Positions 28,751-39,471 of a DNA stretch of 64,000 nt are shown one piece after another. The position numbers and the translations under genes were made by a program. The DNA is from Candidatus Kapaibacterium sp. (GTDB lineage: Bacteria; Bacteroidota; Ignavibacteria; Kapaibacteriales; UBA2268): positions 2,162,231 to 2,226,230 of the forward strand of contig CP058732.1 in assembly GCA_013414795.1 (NCBI GenBank). The letters are read 5' to 3'. Under the pieces are notes generated by a model. The model did not search any database and was not told the origin of the DNA. It saw nothing but the letters and a program-made list of their open reading frames with translations. Position 1 is the stretch's first letter. Every line of letters begins with the position of its first letter.

Positions 28751-29329
28751 TTATTTAACAATTACAAGAATATTTCGATAAGTCTGAGTTTTCGATTCGG
28801 AGAAGCCCGCAACTTGTCCAGAAGTAATGGAGAGTTCATAAAAATAGTTTCCGCTTGGGACATCAATTTGGTTATCGTTTTTCAAGTCCCAAACAATTTC
28901 TTGTTGACCAGCGGGTTGGAAACCATCATAGAGAACTTTTACAAGATTTCCAACCATATCATAAACTTTGAGGGTTACAAGTGAATTTTCTTGAAGTGTA
29001 TAGCGGAAGGTTGTTGAAATCGAGGCGGGATTTGGATAGTTGGAAACTTGGTCGTTTAGTGAAATTGGTTCTCCTGGGACCTCAGTAGGCGATTCAGTAG
29101 GAACCCAAAAACCTTGGTAAAGAACCTTGTCGTTTTTGGAAATTCGGTCAATTGCAACTTGGCCAACAAGACCAGAAATTTTCAAATTAGCGGCGTTTTT
29201 GGTTTCAAGCATACCGCCCGAACCAATCACAGAACGCTCGATTTTTAATCCAGGAGCTGCAAAAATAGTTATTGCAGCAGATAAGAAAACCACGAGAACA
29301 ACAGTCAGAACTTTTGAATTAAGTCTCAT
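28751..29329 (-). CDS. Small T9SS type-A CTD protein (192 aa)
   Basis: Signal peptide; VIGSGG..VGQ..LYQGFW passenger; NYPNP..KVYDMVGNLV..SGNYFY CTD. Confidence 0.85.
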   Translation of the reverse strand: MRLNSKVLTVVLVVFLSAAITIFAAPGLKIERSVIGSGGMLETKNAANLKISGLVGQVAIDRISKNDKVLYQGFWVPTESPTEVPGEPISLNDQVSNYPNPASISTTFRYTLQENSLVTLKVYDMVGNLVKVLYDGFQPAGQQEIVWDLKNDNQIDVPSGNYFYELSITSGQVAGFSESKTQTYRNILVIVK

Positions 29330-29391
29330 ACAATCACCTTATATGGTAAATTTAACATACTATTCAACTTATTTTTAGCAAAAGAATTTAA

Positions 29392-29408
29392 AGCAATTAT
29401 TATGCCAA
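29392..29408 (-). promoter_or_regulatory. Sigma54 (RpoN) -24/-12 promoter for the fibre operon
   Basis: TTGGCAT-AATAA-TTGCT matches TGGCAY-N5-TTGCW, 62 bp upstream of ATG 29329. Confidence 0.75.
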
Positions 29409-29608
29409 AGAGCAATTCAATTCTTTTTTCCATTTTTTGGTTACTCATAAAATTCAAATATATAAAAATTTTATTCAAAAAACCAAATAAAACTACAAAT
29501 TTCAAATCTTCAAAAATTCTGAAACAAAATAAAATTCCTCCCCCCAGTTTTTAGTAATACAAAAATAATAATTGTAAGTAAATTTGCAAGTATTTTTTAA
29601 AAAAATTT

Positions 29609-31057
29609 ATGAAAATTGATTCTTTGCTAGGACATTGCGCCGAAATAGTTAAATTCGTTTCTAAATCAACTTTGGCACCCGACGAACTTATTTCCCAATA
29701 CTTTCGAGGCAAGAAATACATTGGAAGCAAGGAAAGAAAAATCATCTCTGAAATAGTTTTTATGCATCTCCGCTTTATGGGTCTTTCAAATTTTATATTT
29801 GACAACTTATCGATAAAAGAAACACCAAGCAAAGTCAAAAATTCTGTTGAACTAATAGCGTTATCATTATATGTTATATTACTTTTGTATCCCCAGCAAT
29901 TGAACACAATTGTTGATAGCATAGAAAAACTATACAAATGTTCAAATGGTTTAGAGTATCTCCAAATATTTATTATCGACAAAATTCAACCAAACTTTAA
30001 TATGACTAAATTAAATGTTTTTCTGGACGAAATCGAAGAGAAATGTAAGGTATTCGACTATACACTTTTACCTAATGAAGATAACTTTCTTGGAATTCTT
30101 TCGGCAAGATACAGCATTCCATCATTCATTTTAAAATCTTGGTTCAATTTCTACCCATCTATTGGTATCAATCCGATTGATATTGCCGAGAGTTTACTTT
30201 TTCCTTCGAATTTCACCATTCGTTTGAACAACAAAAATTTCACAAGAGATGAAATAATTCAGCGATTGGAAACTGAAAACATTTCTTGTTTTAAAACTAA
30301 ATATTCTCCTTTTGGCATTACAATTACAGAAAGAATAAATCTTCTACAAAATCCGCTATATAATAACGGAACAATTGAAGTTCAAGACGAAGGTAGCCAA
30401 TTGATTTGCCTCGCTTGCAATCCAAACAGAAACGACAAAATACTCGACGCTTGCGCTGGTGCGGGCGGGAAAAGTCTTTTCTTTGCTTTTCTGCAAAACG
30501 ACTCTGGTTACATTGTTGCAAACGACATTAACATACTTAAACTTAAAGAGTTGCGTCATCGTGCAAATCGCTCTGGCTTTAAATCTATTCACACCCATCT
30601 TTTACAACCTAATGCCAAACCAAACAAACTGTTAAAGGAAAATTACTTCGATATTGTGTTGGTCGATGCTCCCTGTTCTGGAATTGGTACTTCAAGACGA
30701 AATCCAATGCACAAATGGTTACTAACACCAAAAAAATTGGAAAAAATCATTCGTAAACAATTAGAACTTTTGGAATATTATTCCAGATTTGTTAAAAAAG
30801 ATGGAACTCTGGTTTATGCTACCTGTTCACTTATGCCCGAAGAAAATCAATATGTAACTCAAAAATTCTTGGAAAAAAACAGCAATTTTCAACCAGAGCC
30901 TTTATCTTTAACATTTGACAAACAAGGTATTGCCTTGCCATTGCTAAAGGAAAATTCCCACGAAATTACTCTTTTGCCACACATTCACGGAACAGATGGT
31001 TTCTACATCGCAAAATTCAGAAAAGCGACAAACTATGTCAATTTTTTTTCACATTAA
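29609..31057 (+). CDS. RsmB/NOP-family RNA m5C methyltransferase
   Basis: VQDEGSQ, LDACAGAGGK, VDAPCSG, YATCS..EEN, TDGFY. Confidence 0.93.
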   Translation: MKIDSLLGHCAEIVKFVSKSTLAPDELISQYFRGKKYIGSKERKIISEIVFMHLRFMGLSNFIFDNLSIKETPSKVKNSVELIALSLYVILLLYPQQLNTIVDSIEKLYKCSNGLEYLQIFIIDKIQPNFNMTKLNVFLDEIEEKCKVFDYTLLPNEDNFLGILSARYSIPSFILKSWFNFYPSIGINPIDIAESLLFPSNFTIRLNNKNFTRDEIIQRLETENISCFKTKYSPFGITITERINLLQNPLYNNGTIEVQDEGSQLICLACNPNRNDKILDACAGAGGKSLFFAFLQNDSGYIVANDINILKLKELRHRANRSGFKSIHTHLLQPNAKPNKLLKENYFDIVLVDAPCSGIGTSRRNPMHKWLLTPKKLEKIIRKQLELLEYYSRFVKKDGTLVYATCSLMPEENQYVTQKFLEKNSNFQPEPLSLTFDKQGIALPLLKENSHEITLLPHIHGTDGFYIAKFRKATNYVNFFSH

Positions 31058-31194
31058 AGTGAATTTTTCTACACTTTTTTACTATACATTCATATAGAAA
31101 ACAAAAATTTTGTGATTACCAATGTGTTTTTTCCTTTTTATGTCCTATTTTTGTCTCACAACTATTTATTCTAATTATTTCATATTTTCGAAAT

Positions 31195-31500
31195 ATGATT
31201 TTGAGCGATACAGAAAAAGAAAATATTATTAGAGTCATATCCCGAAAGATTGACGGGCGGTTGAAAATCTTTATCTATGGTTCACGAATAAGAAACATTG
31301 CATCCAAAGAAAGCGATATTGATATTCTCATCCTTTCGGAAAAAACCATTTCAAACGAGGCGATTAGAAAAATCAAGATTGAACTATCTGAATCGCTTGG
31401 GGGTACAAAAATCGATATCGTTCAGTCGACTTTTGATAGCAAATCCCCATTTGTGCAATTAATTGAAGATGACGCAGTATTAATATGGGAAAGAACATAG
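31195..31500 (+). CDS. Minimal nucleotidyltransferase (MNT) antitoxin
   Basis: YGSR....SDIDIL motif; 101 aa. Confidence 0.85.
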   Translation: MILSDTEKENIIRVISRKIDGRLKIFIYGSRIRNIASKESDIDILILSEKTISNEAIRKIKIELSESLGGTKIDIVQSTFDSKSPFVQLIEDDAVLIWERT

Positions 31501-31958
31501 AAAAGGGGAAGTTCAAAGAATATGCAAAAGAAATTGTTGATATGCTCGAACGTGCAAAATCTCGATTAATATTCTCTTACAATAAAGTTGCAGACTTTAT
31601 AAACTCCAAAACCGATTTTGATGATGACCAGTTGGAAATCATAGAGTCTATGTGTTCACGCTTTGCAAGATTGAACGATATTCTTTTGCAAAAGGCTTTC
31701 AGATTTTTAGATATTTATGAACTTAACGGATATGACTTCTCGGTTCCACACAGAATAAATATGGCAATGAAAAGAAAATTAGTTGATGATGATTTGGAAT
31801 TTAAATACATAAGGGAATTGAGAAACGAAATCGCACACAATTATGCCACCGATTACTATATTGAACTATTTAAAGAAATCTACAAATACACTCCAAAACT
31901 TCTTGCAATTGTAGATAAGACCAAACAATATATAAGGAAAAAGATTATAGGTGAGTAG
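31485..31958 (+). CDS. HEPN-domain toxin partner
   Basis: RNEIAH (RxxxxH) motif; overlaps the MNT gene. Confidence 0.82.
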   Translation: MGKNIEKGKFKEYAKEIVDMLERAKSRLIFSYNKVADFINSKTDFDDDQLEIIESMCSRFARLNDILLQKAFRFLDIYELNGYDFSVPHRINMAMKRKLVDDDLEFKYIRELRNEIAHNYATDYYIELFKEIYKYTPKLLAIVDKTKQYIRKKIIGE

Positions 31959-31961
31959 TTT

Positions 31962-32483
31962 TTACCAAAACTTTCTAATTCTTGTGAAAAAAGTCAAAAA
32001 AGTAAAAATAAAAGTGTAAATTGTTCCACCAATTAAATACTTGAAGTACATAGACCAAAGATTTGTTTCGGTTAGGTTTATCATTATTAAATAATATATG
32101 ATATGATGGATAAATATTGAAAGAAATGAAATCAAAAAAATCTTATTGCTTTTTAATATGTTCCAAAATTCGTTTTCTTTGTAAAAGAAACCTACAATGT
32201 AGGCAACTATTGTTTTTGTGAGAGCATTCACGCCCAGCACATTCATAGATAAATAATCATAAAGCAATCCCACCAAAAAAGCAGAGGACAAGCCTACAAG
32301 TTTTCCTTCATAAAGTGTAATCCAAATAACCAGTAGAACAATGAAATCTGGTGTAACTCCTTTAATTGAGATTAAAAATGAAAAGGATAACTGTAAAACA
32401 CAAATCAAAAGTGTTGCAATCGAATAGTAAATAAATTTTGAAAGAAAATTCTTTTTCGTGGCAGTTACCCCAAGGTCTTTCAT
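31962..32483 (-). CDS. mreD: Rod shape protein MreD
   Basis: TPDF motif, multi-TM, follows mreC. Confidence 0.9.
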   Translation of the reverse strand: MKDLGVTATKKNFLSKFIYYSIATLLICVLQLSFSFLISIKGVTPDFIVLLVIWITLYEGKLVGLSSAFLVGLLYDYLSMNVLGVNALTKTIVAYIVGFFYKENEFWNILKSNKIFLISFLSIFIHHIIYYLIMINLTETNLWSMYFKYLIGGTIYTFIFTFLTFFTRIRKFW

Positions 32484-33415
32484 TTCTTCTCAATATTTTT
32501 TAGGCTGTCTTGTTTCTTTTTTTCTCTCATTAACAATTGAGGTTGCAACTTTTGAGATTTTTCGGGTGGTTTGTTCAATTCCTTCAATCTTTCCTCATAT
32601 TCTGTTATAAGTTTGATAATTTCCTCATCATTAACACTTTTTATAACAAAAACTTCCTCAATAATAGAAAAATTCACAAATGGCTTAATCTCTATTACGC
32701 TAAAAAGTTCGCCTTCTTCCTCCTTCTTGGAAGCAACGATACCAATTGGTATGTTTGGTACAAATTTTAGGCTATGTTTAGAGGTAACAATAGTGTCTCC
32801 AACTTTAATATCGAGGAATTTCACAACATCACGCAAAAGCAATCGGTTTGAACCATCCCAATTGACAACACCAAGCACACCGCTTCGCAAATCGATAGCG
32901 GGAACTTTAACATTAGCATTGGTAATGAGTTCAACCAAGGAGTAATTATCCCCACAAAGAGCAATAGAACCGACCAACCCAGCATCGTTTCGGACGGTCA
33001 TAAACTTTTTAAGACCGTTTTTCTTGCCTTTGTCTATTATTGCAAAGTTCCGCAAATCTATACTCAAAGTACCAATAACGCTTGCAACTTCAACTGGATA
33101 TTCGAGCCTTTGTTTCAATCCAAGCAAATTCCTAAGTGTTTGGTTTTCTATTTCAGCAATTCTTGCGTTCATTACTTTTTGATAAAGATTTAGGTTAAGT
33201 TCTCTTAAAGCAGAGTTCTCGCTTTTCAAGGCAGAAATATTCGGAATTAAGAAAAAATTCTTTTGAAACCATCCAATGGAGGCAACAACTAAAGTTCTAA
33301 ATCCACCAATTTTATTAATATCTCCTAACAAAATCAGAGAAAGTGAAATAAAAAGGAACCCTAAAAAAACAAAATGCTCCTTAAATTTTAAAATGAAATA
33401 AACAAATTTTTGCAT
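32480..33415 (-). CDS. mreC: Rod shape protein MreC
   Basis: TM plus coiled coil (ENQTLRNLL); IDKG, GLVG, GDTIVTS. Confidence 0.93.
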   Translation of the reverse strand: MQKFVYFILKFKEHFVFLGFLFISLSLILLGDINKIGGFRTLVVASIGWFQKNFFLIPNISALKSENSALRELNLNLYQKVMNARIAEIENQTLRNLLGLKQRLEYPVEVASVIGTLSIDLRNFAIIDKGKKNGLKKFMTVRNDAGLVGSIALCGDNYSLVELITNANVKVPAIDLRSGVLGVVNWDGSNRLLLRDVVKFLDIKVGDTIVTSKHSLKFVPNIPIGIVASKKEEEGELFSVIEIKPFVNFSIIEEVFVIKSVNDEEIIKLITEYEERLKELNKPPEKSQKLQPQLLMREKKKQDSLKNIEKK

Positions 33416-33427
33416 AAAATTTTAAGA

Positions 33428-34450
33428 TTAGTACCTAACCCCTCGAATTAATACTTGTGAATAAGCAGAAATATTTTCAAGTACTTTGCCAGCACCAAGT
33501 ACGACCGACTTCAACGGGTCCTCGGTAATATGAACTGGAAGACTGGTTCGCTCCTCAAGTAATTTATCAATCCCTTTGAGCAAAGCACCACCGCCATTAA
33601 GAACAATCCCATTGTTGTAAATATCGGAGGAGAGTTCTGGAGGCGTTCGTTCAAGCAATCTAAGAATAGCATTTACAATTTCTTCCAATGTTGGCAACAA
33701 TGCCTTTCGCACTTCCTCCGACGTCGAAACAATCGATTTTGGTAAGCCATTTACAAGGTTTCTTCCAGTAACTTCAAATTCTGCTTCCTCTTCCAACGGA
33801 TATGCCGAACCAATCTCTATTTTAATGTTCTCTGCAGTTGTATCGCCTATTAAAATATTATGTTCTTTCTTAAAGTAATTTTTAATTGCCTCGGTCATTT
33901 CATCGCCAGCAATTTTTATCGACTCGGAAACTACTACGCCAGAGAGCGAAATTACTGCAATTTCGGTTGTTCCCCCGCCAATATCGACAATCAAATTTCC
34001 TTTCGGCTCGGAAACATTTATTCCAGCACCAATTGCTCCTGCCATTGGTTCACTAATAAGATAGACTTCCTTGGCACCAGCGTGTTCACAACTATCACGC
34101 ACAGCCCTTTTTTCAACTTCGGTAATTCCTTGGGGAACGCAAACAACAACCTTCCTTACATAATGCCACGCAGGAGTCACGTTCTTTATCAACAAGCGAA
34201 GCATATTTTCCGTGATTTCAAAATCGGCAATTGCTCCATCTTGCAAAGGGCGAATTATTTGTATATCTCTTGGAGTTCGTCCAAGCATTTCCTTTGCTTT
34301 CTTTCCAACAGCAATGATATTTTTCGAAATTCGATTAAATGCAACTATCGACGGTTCGTTCAAAACTATTTTGTTTTCGCCAGCAAGATAAATCAACGTG
34401 TTGGCGGTTCCAAGGTCTATTGCTAAGTCTGCGCTAAGGAAACCAATCAT
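33428..34450 (-). CDS. mreB: Rod shape protein MreB
   Basis: IDLGTANT, VDIGGGTTE, GGGALL. Confidence 0.97.
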   Translation of the reverse strand: MIGFLSADLAIDLGTANTLIYLAGENKIVLNEPSIVAFNRISKNIIAVGKKAKEMLGRTPRDIQIIRPLQDGAIADFEITENMLRLLIKNVTPAWHYVRKVVVCVPQGITEVEKRAVRDSCEHAGAKEVYLISEPMAGAIGAGINVSEPKGNLIVDIGGGTTEIAVISLSGVVVSESIKIAGDEMTEAIKNYFKKEHNILIGDTTAENIKIEIGSAYPLEEEAEFEVTGRNLVNGLPKSIVSTSEEVRKALLPTLEEIVNAILRLLERTPPELSSDIYNNGIVLNGGGALLKGIDKLLEERTSLPVHITEDPLKSVVLGAGKVLENISAYSQVLIRGVRY

Positions 34451-34540
34451 TTTATTCTCAATGTGAAAAATAAATTACAAAATTAGTAGAATTTTTTTGA
34501 ATACAATTTTTTATTTTTGAATTGAATTTTAGGAGAGAAA

Positions 34541-35167
34541 ATGAAGAAAATTGTCTATCTTTTGATTTTTTTGAATATTTATTATCTCTTGTCCCAAGAA
34601 CAAGGCTTAATACAGCAAGCCTACGAAAGTTTTCAGAAAAAAGACTATCAGAAGGCAATAGAATTGTACTCGGAAGTTCTTCAAAAGCATAACACCTATG
34701 CTCCTGCCTTCTACGGTCGGGGACTTGCCTACGCCAAACTTGACCAATATAATTCTGCAATCAAAGATTTTGAAAATGCAATTCGATATGACAAAACACT
34801 TTCCGAGGCATACTACGCAAAGTCAATTTGCGAAATCAAACTTGGATTGAACGAACAAGCAATGAATTCTATTAACTCCGCAATTGAAATCACAAAAACC
34901 AAACCCGAGTATTATTACACACGTGGGTTAATATATTACTATCAAAAAAACTGGGAACGCTCGATTTCCGATTTTAGCAAGGCTATTGATATCGACCCCA
35001 ATTTCGGTCTTGCATACTACGCCCGAGGTTCCGCTTATTACTTTTTAAAACAGAAAAACAACGCCATTCAAGACTACGAAAGATACATTAAAATAAGCGG
35101 AAATAAACACAACCTTGCTAACGAGGCTCAAAGATTGATAAATGTATTACAACAACCCGAGGATTAA
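34541..35167 (+). CDS. Secreted TPR-repeat protein
   Basis: Signal peptide; repeated AYY.RG...AI.DF..AI units. Confidence 0.9.
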   Translation: MKKIVYLLIFLNIYYLLSQEQGLIQQAYESFQKKDYQKAIELYSEVLQKHNTYAPAFYGRGLAYAKLDQYNSAIKDFENAIRYDKTLSEAYYAKSICEIKLGLNEQAMNSINSAIEITKTKPEYYYTRGLIYYYQKNWERSISDFSKAIDIDPNFGLAYYARGSAYYFLKQKNNAIQDYERYIKISGNKHNLANEAQRLINVLQQPED

Positions 35168-35168
35168 T

Positions 35169-36832
35169 ATGAATTACTTCAAGTCTTTTTTTTTCTCTGC
35201 TTTTTCTTGATAATTTCTTCTTTTCGAACTTTTAGTCAATCATTTCTCGAAAATCTCCAAATTGGTGGCAGTTTCCAATCCGATTCTTATCTTTATTTAA
35301 AAGACTCTACGATTGAATCTGCAGAAGCACCAGAAAAGATTCTTTCAAATAATTATCTTTTCTTGACAATTTCTACAAACAATATCAATCTGGATTTGCG
35401 TTACGAAAGTTACCAAAATCCAATTCTTGGGTTCGACCCAAGATATCAAGGCTCTGGTATTGCCTATCGTTCGCTATCATACAAAGGCGACTTAATTGGG
35501 ATAACGGTTGGAAACTTTTACGAGCAATTTGGTAGCGGAATGATTTTCAGAGCATACGAAGAACGGAATTTGGGTATTGACAACTCAATCGATGGAGCCA
35601 AAATTGAAGTTACGCCAACAGAGGGACTTACATTCAAGGGTTTAATTGGCAAACAGCGGTATTTCTGGTCGACAAGCAAAGCAATTGTTCGAGGTGCAGA
35701 CGCAGAGTTTACTTTGTCAAATTTATTCCCCAAAATTTTTGAAAATATTCCTATTACAATTGGCGGAAGTTTAGTAAGTCGCTACCAGCCAGATTTGGAT
35801 TCGAAGTACAAACTCCCAGCAAATGTTCTGGCTTATTCAACAAGATTTGAAATTTACTTGAATTGGTTTTCTGCAAATTTTGAATTTGCCCACAAAGTGA
35901 ACGACCCAACCTATCGAAACAAATTCACATACAATGATGGCAATGGTATAAATCTTAACTTATCCGCATTCACCGAAGGGTTTTCGATTCTTATAAATGC
36001 CCACAGATACGACAATATCGAATTCCGCACGGATAGAGAAGCCAAAGGGCTTGAATTGTTCTTAAACTATTTGCCATCTGCAACTAAACAACACCAATAT
36101 TCTTTGCCTGCATTTTATTCCCCATCGACTCAAGGAAACGGCGAGGTTGGATTTCAAACCGAAATTAATTACACAATCCCAAAATCCAACAAAATTTTCG
36201 GCGGTGAATTCGAAACAAATTTAAACGCTGGTTTCTCATTAATTAAATCTATCGACACAACAAGGACCGACGAATTTCATTACAATAGCAAATTCTGGGG
36301 AATTGGGAAAGACTTATTCTATCAAGATTTCTTCCTGGAAATTCGTCGTCGGCTCTCGCACTCATTTGAATTAAAACTTGCTTACATTGACCAAATTTAC
36401 AACAAAGATGTTATGGAAAACGAAGGTTCCCCGTTATTTGGAAAAGTTAAAAACAAAACAATTGTCGGAGAATTCATTTATTCATTCGACAAAAGAAACA
36501 CGCTCCGTTGCGAAATCCAACATATGTGGTCTAAAAATGATAGTACAGTTACCAGCGAAGATAAGAAAAACGGCAATTGGTTCGCTTTTTTGTTGGAGCA
36601 TTCAATCGCACCACATTGGTATATTTCTCTGCTCGACCATTGGAACTACGGCAACGAAAATGAAAAATTCAGAGTGCATTATTTAAAACTGCTTCTAACC
36701 TATATTCATAATACGACAAGAATTTCTGCTGGATTTGGAAGGGATGCTGGTGGCATTGTCTGTATCGGAGGTGTTTGTCGGGCAGTTCCAATATCATATG
36801 GCTTTAGTCTTTCGGTTACAACTTCATTTTAG
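35169..36832 (+). CDS. DUF6029-family outer-membrane protein, apparently frameshifted at a T9 tract in its signal peptide
   Basis: GNFYEQFGSGMIFRAYEERNLGIDN and C-terminal GGIVCIGGVCR; main frame 35207-36832; ATG 35169 is in frame only with T10. Confidence 0.75.
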
Positions 36833-36841
36833 GGAGGGTAT

Positions 36842-37687
36842 ATGAAACACATAATCAAATTAGCAACTTTGCTGTTAATTATCGGATTCATTGGTTGTGA
36901 TAAGATTGAACCACCATATCTTGAAAACCCAAGTAATGTCGACACAAATAAATATGAACAAAAAATATTGCTCGAAGAATATACTGGGTTTAGATGTGGT
37001 AATTGCCCAGAAGCAACTGAAATTGCTCACTCATTAAAGGAAAAGTATCCGAACAATGTTATACTTTTGTCCGTACACGCTGGTGGCTATGCAAAACCAA
37101 CGTCAGCCCATCCCTATGATTTTAGAACCCCAATCGGAGATGAATTGGACAATTTTTTTGGTTGTAGTATGGCTGGCAACCCCAATGGAATGGTCAACAG
37201 AGTTGGCTTTCCAACCAAATCTCACATCCTTCGAGAAGGGCAATGGGAATCGGCAATTTTGAATCTGATACCCAAAAAGCCAAAAATGAACATTTCACTC
37301 AACGTGTCATATAATGCAACTACTCGCAAAATCACTGCTAATGTTGAAATTCATCTTCTGGAACCAAGTTCGCCCAACTACCATTTGTGCGTTTATCTTG
37401 CCGAGGATAGTGTGGTTCAATATCAACGAGACGATAGACTTTCACCGCCAGATGTTGAAAATTACGTACATAACAATGTTTTACGAGGAGGATTAACTTC
37501 AACCTGGGGCGAGCCAATTTCTGAAAGTATTTTGCAAGCAGGAAGCAAAGTTTATAAATCATTTGAATATGTTATTCCAACAAATAAAGATTGGCGTCCA
37601 GAGAAGTTGAAGATAATTGCATTCGTCCACGACAAGGATAATACTTTCGAAATTCTACAAGTCGAAGAAAAGCCCCTTTTTCCATAA
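36842..37687 (+). CDS. Omp28-related thioredoxin-fold lipoprotein
   Basis: Lipobox FIGC; LLEEYTGFRCGNCP; YVHNNVLR. Confidence 0.88.
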   Translation: MKHIIKLATLLLIIGFIGCDKIEPPYLENPSNVDTNKYEQKILLEEYTGFRCGNCPEATEIAHSLKEKYPNNVILLSVHAGGYAKPTSAHPYDFRTPIGDELDNFFGCSMAGNPNGMVNRVGFPTKSHILREGQWESAILNLIPKKPKMNISLNVSYNATTRKITANVEIHLLEPSSPNYHLCVYLAEDSVVQYQRDDRLSPPDVENYVHNNVLRGGLTSTWGEPISESILQAGSKVYKSFEYVIPTNKDWRPEKLKIIAFVHDKDNTFEILQVEEKPLFP

Positions 37688-39402
37688 TGAGCAAGACCGA
37701 TACAAATTTTATTAGTTTTTCGCTTCTTGTCCTTTTATTTATTGTACTCATTTTCAATATTGAACTTGGCGAAGTTCAACCTTGGGACGAAGGGCTTTAC
37801 GCTTATCGAGCAAGAGCGATTCTTGAATCAAACCAATGGTGGGACCAATCAAGCGTTTCTCTTGGCGGGTTATATTCATCGACATACCCACCACTGGTAC
37901 CCTGGATGATTGCTTTGAATTTACAAATTTTTGGTGAAAATCTTTTTGCAATACGAATATTCTCCGTTCTTTGTTCTACTTTTGCAATTTTCTTATTTGT
38001 GTTTTTCCTTTCCAAGCAATTCGACTATCTAATTACTTTCCTTGTAGGATTAAATTTATTACTTTCCAGCCATTGGCTATTTTACTCTCGGCAAGGAATG
38101 ACCGATATTCCTTTGCTTTTTTTCATCCTTTCAAACATAATTGTAACTGTAAAATTTCTTGAAGAACAATATAAAACAAAACAACTTGTTTTGGGTTTGC
38201 TTATTTCATTTACATTTTTTTTAGGATTAATGACCAAAATCGTACTATCTTTTATTCCTTTGCTCACACTTATTTTTGTCTACCGTTACTTTCCAAAAAA
38301 AATATTTTTAAAGACCTTGATTTTTTACGCATTGGGGCTTCTTTTGGCTATGCCTTGGTATTTTTTTATGAGTATGAAATATGGAACAACATTTATTTCG
38401 TCGCTGTTTCCACCCCATTTGTTCAGTATTGTAGAGGAAAATCGTAAATCTTTAGGATTTTTTTATTACATCAATCAAATTTTAATCTCCAACCCATTTT
38501 TGGTGCTTTCTTTTTTCAGTATTTTTATTCGGTTTAAATCGAAAAAGTTTCTGAATTTATTCTTTTCTGGCAACATTGTTTCCGACATATTCTTCTTTTG
38601 GTTTCTTTCTGGTTTATTAATTTTTTCGCTTGCTCCAACTAAACTACCTCATTACACACTCTATTTACTGCCCCCCGCATTCTTTTTAATTTGTGAACTT
38701 ATTTCACTACATTACAACAATTTAAAACTAAAAGAAAAGACTTTCCTTATAATTGCAGTTTTATTCAATCTTTTTTGGTTTTTCACACCATCATTTCGTC
38801 AATCAATCAAAGAAATGAACTTTGAAACTCCAATAATATCTATTGCATTGCTTTTGGTTGCAATTTCTATAATCGGATTTATTTATTTTCAAGAACGTAA
38901 ACGTAAAATTGATTTCCTTTCTTCCCAACAACTTATTACAACACTATTTTATATTATTTCAAGTCTCCTCCTTGTGCTGTCTATAATAAATTTCGCAAGC
39001 AACCCAACTGGGAAAGTTTTTGGAGGCGAACGGGTATCAAAATTTCTTATGAACCACAAAATTGAATCATTTGTGTACCTCTTCCACAAAGCAAACGATT
39101 CCGATACACTTAACCCACAAATTGCCTGGTATTCGCACGGTAAATATTTTGGCATAAATAAAAGTAAAGGTACCGTTTTCTTGGCTCTTCCAATCAATAA
39201 AATTGGGCTAAACGAACTCAAGCAACTACAAAAATATCCCAACTTTGTAGTTGTTTACTATATATCCTCACCAAAACTTCCAGCAAAAATTATTGTCGAC
39301 GAGTTAATCCCAGAAAGAGATATTTTGTTACTTACTCCAAATTATATTATTTTCGGAAGAAAAGTAAGGGAAAGCAAGGAAATAAACAAAAAATTAATAT
39401 AA
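37687..39402 (+). CDS. ArnT/PMT-like membrane glycosyltransferase
   Basis: WDEGLY, PPL, LMTK, AMPWY, TKLPHY. Confidence 0.85.
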   Translation: MSKTDTNFISFSLLVLLFIVLIFNIELGEVQPWDEGLYAYRARAILESNQWWDQSSVSLGGLYSSTYPPLVPWMIALNLQIFGENLFAIRIFSVLCSTFAIFLFVFFLSKQFDYLITFLVGLNLLLSSHWLFYSRQGMTDIPLLFFILSNIIVTVKFLEEQYKTKQLVLGLLISFTFFLGLMTKIVLSFIPLLTLIFVYRYFPKKIFLKTLIFYALGLLLAMPWYFFMSMKYGTTFISSLFPPHLFSIVEENRKSLGFFYYINQILISNPFLVLSFFSIFIRFKSKKFLNLFFSGNIVSDIFFFWFLSGLLIFSLAPTKLPHYTLYLLPPAFFLICELISLHYNNLKLKEKTFLIIAVLFNLFWFFTPSFRQSIKEMNFETPIISIALLLVAISIIGFIYFQERKRKIDFLSSQQLITTLFYIISSLLLVLSIINFASNPTGKVFGGERVSKFLMNHKIESFVYLFHKANDSDTLNPQIAWYSHGKYFGINKSKGTVFLALPINKIGLNELKQLQKYPNFVVVYYISSPKLPAKIIVDELIPERDILLLTPNYIIFGRKVRESKEINKKLI

Positions 39403-39404
39403 AA

Positions 39405-39430
39405 GTGGCAAATCCCCCCCTTGATTTGCC
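39405..39430 (-). terminator. Terminator after flagellin
   Basis: GGCAAATC/GATTTGCC stem between convergent genes. Confidence 0.6.
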
Positions 39431-39471
39431 TTGATTCGAGGTGTCGGTAGGAGTTGGTAGGAAAGTTTATG

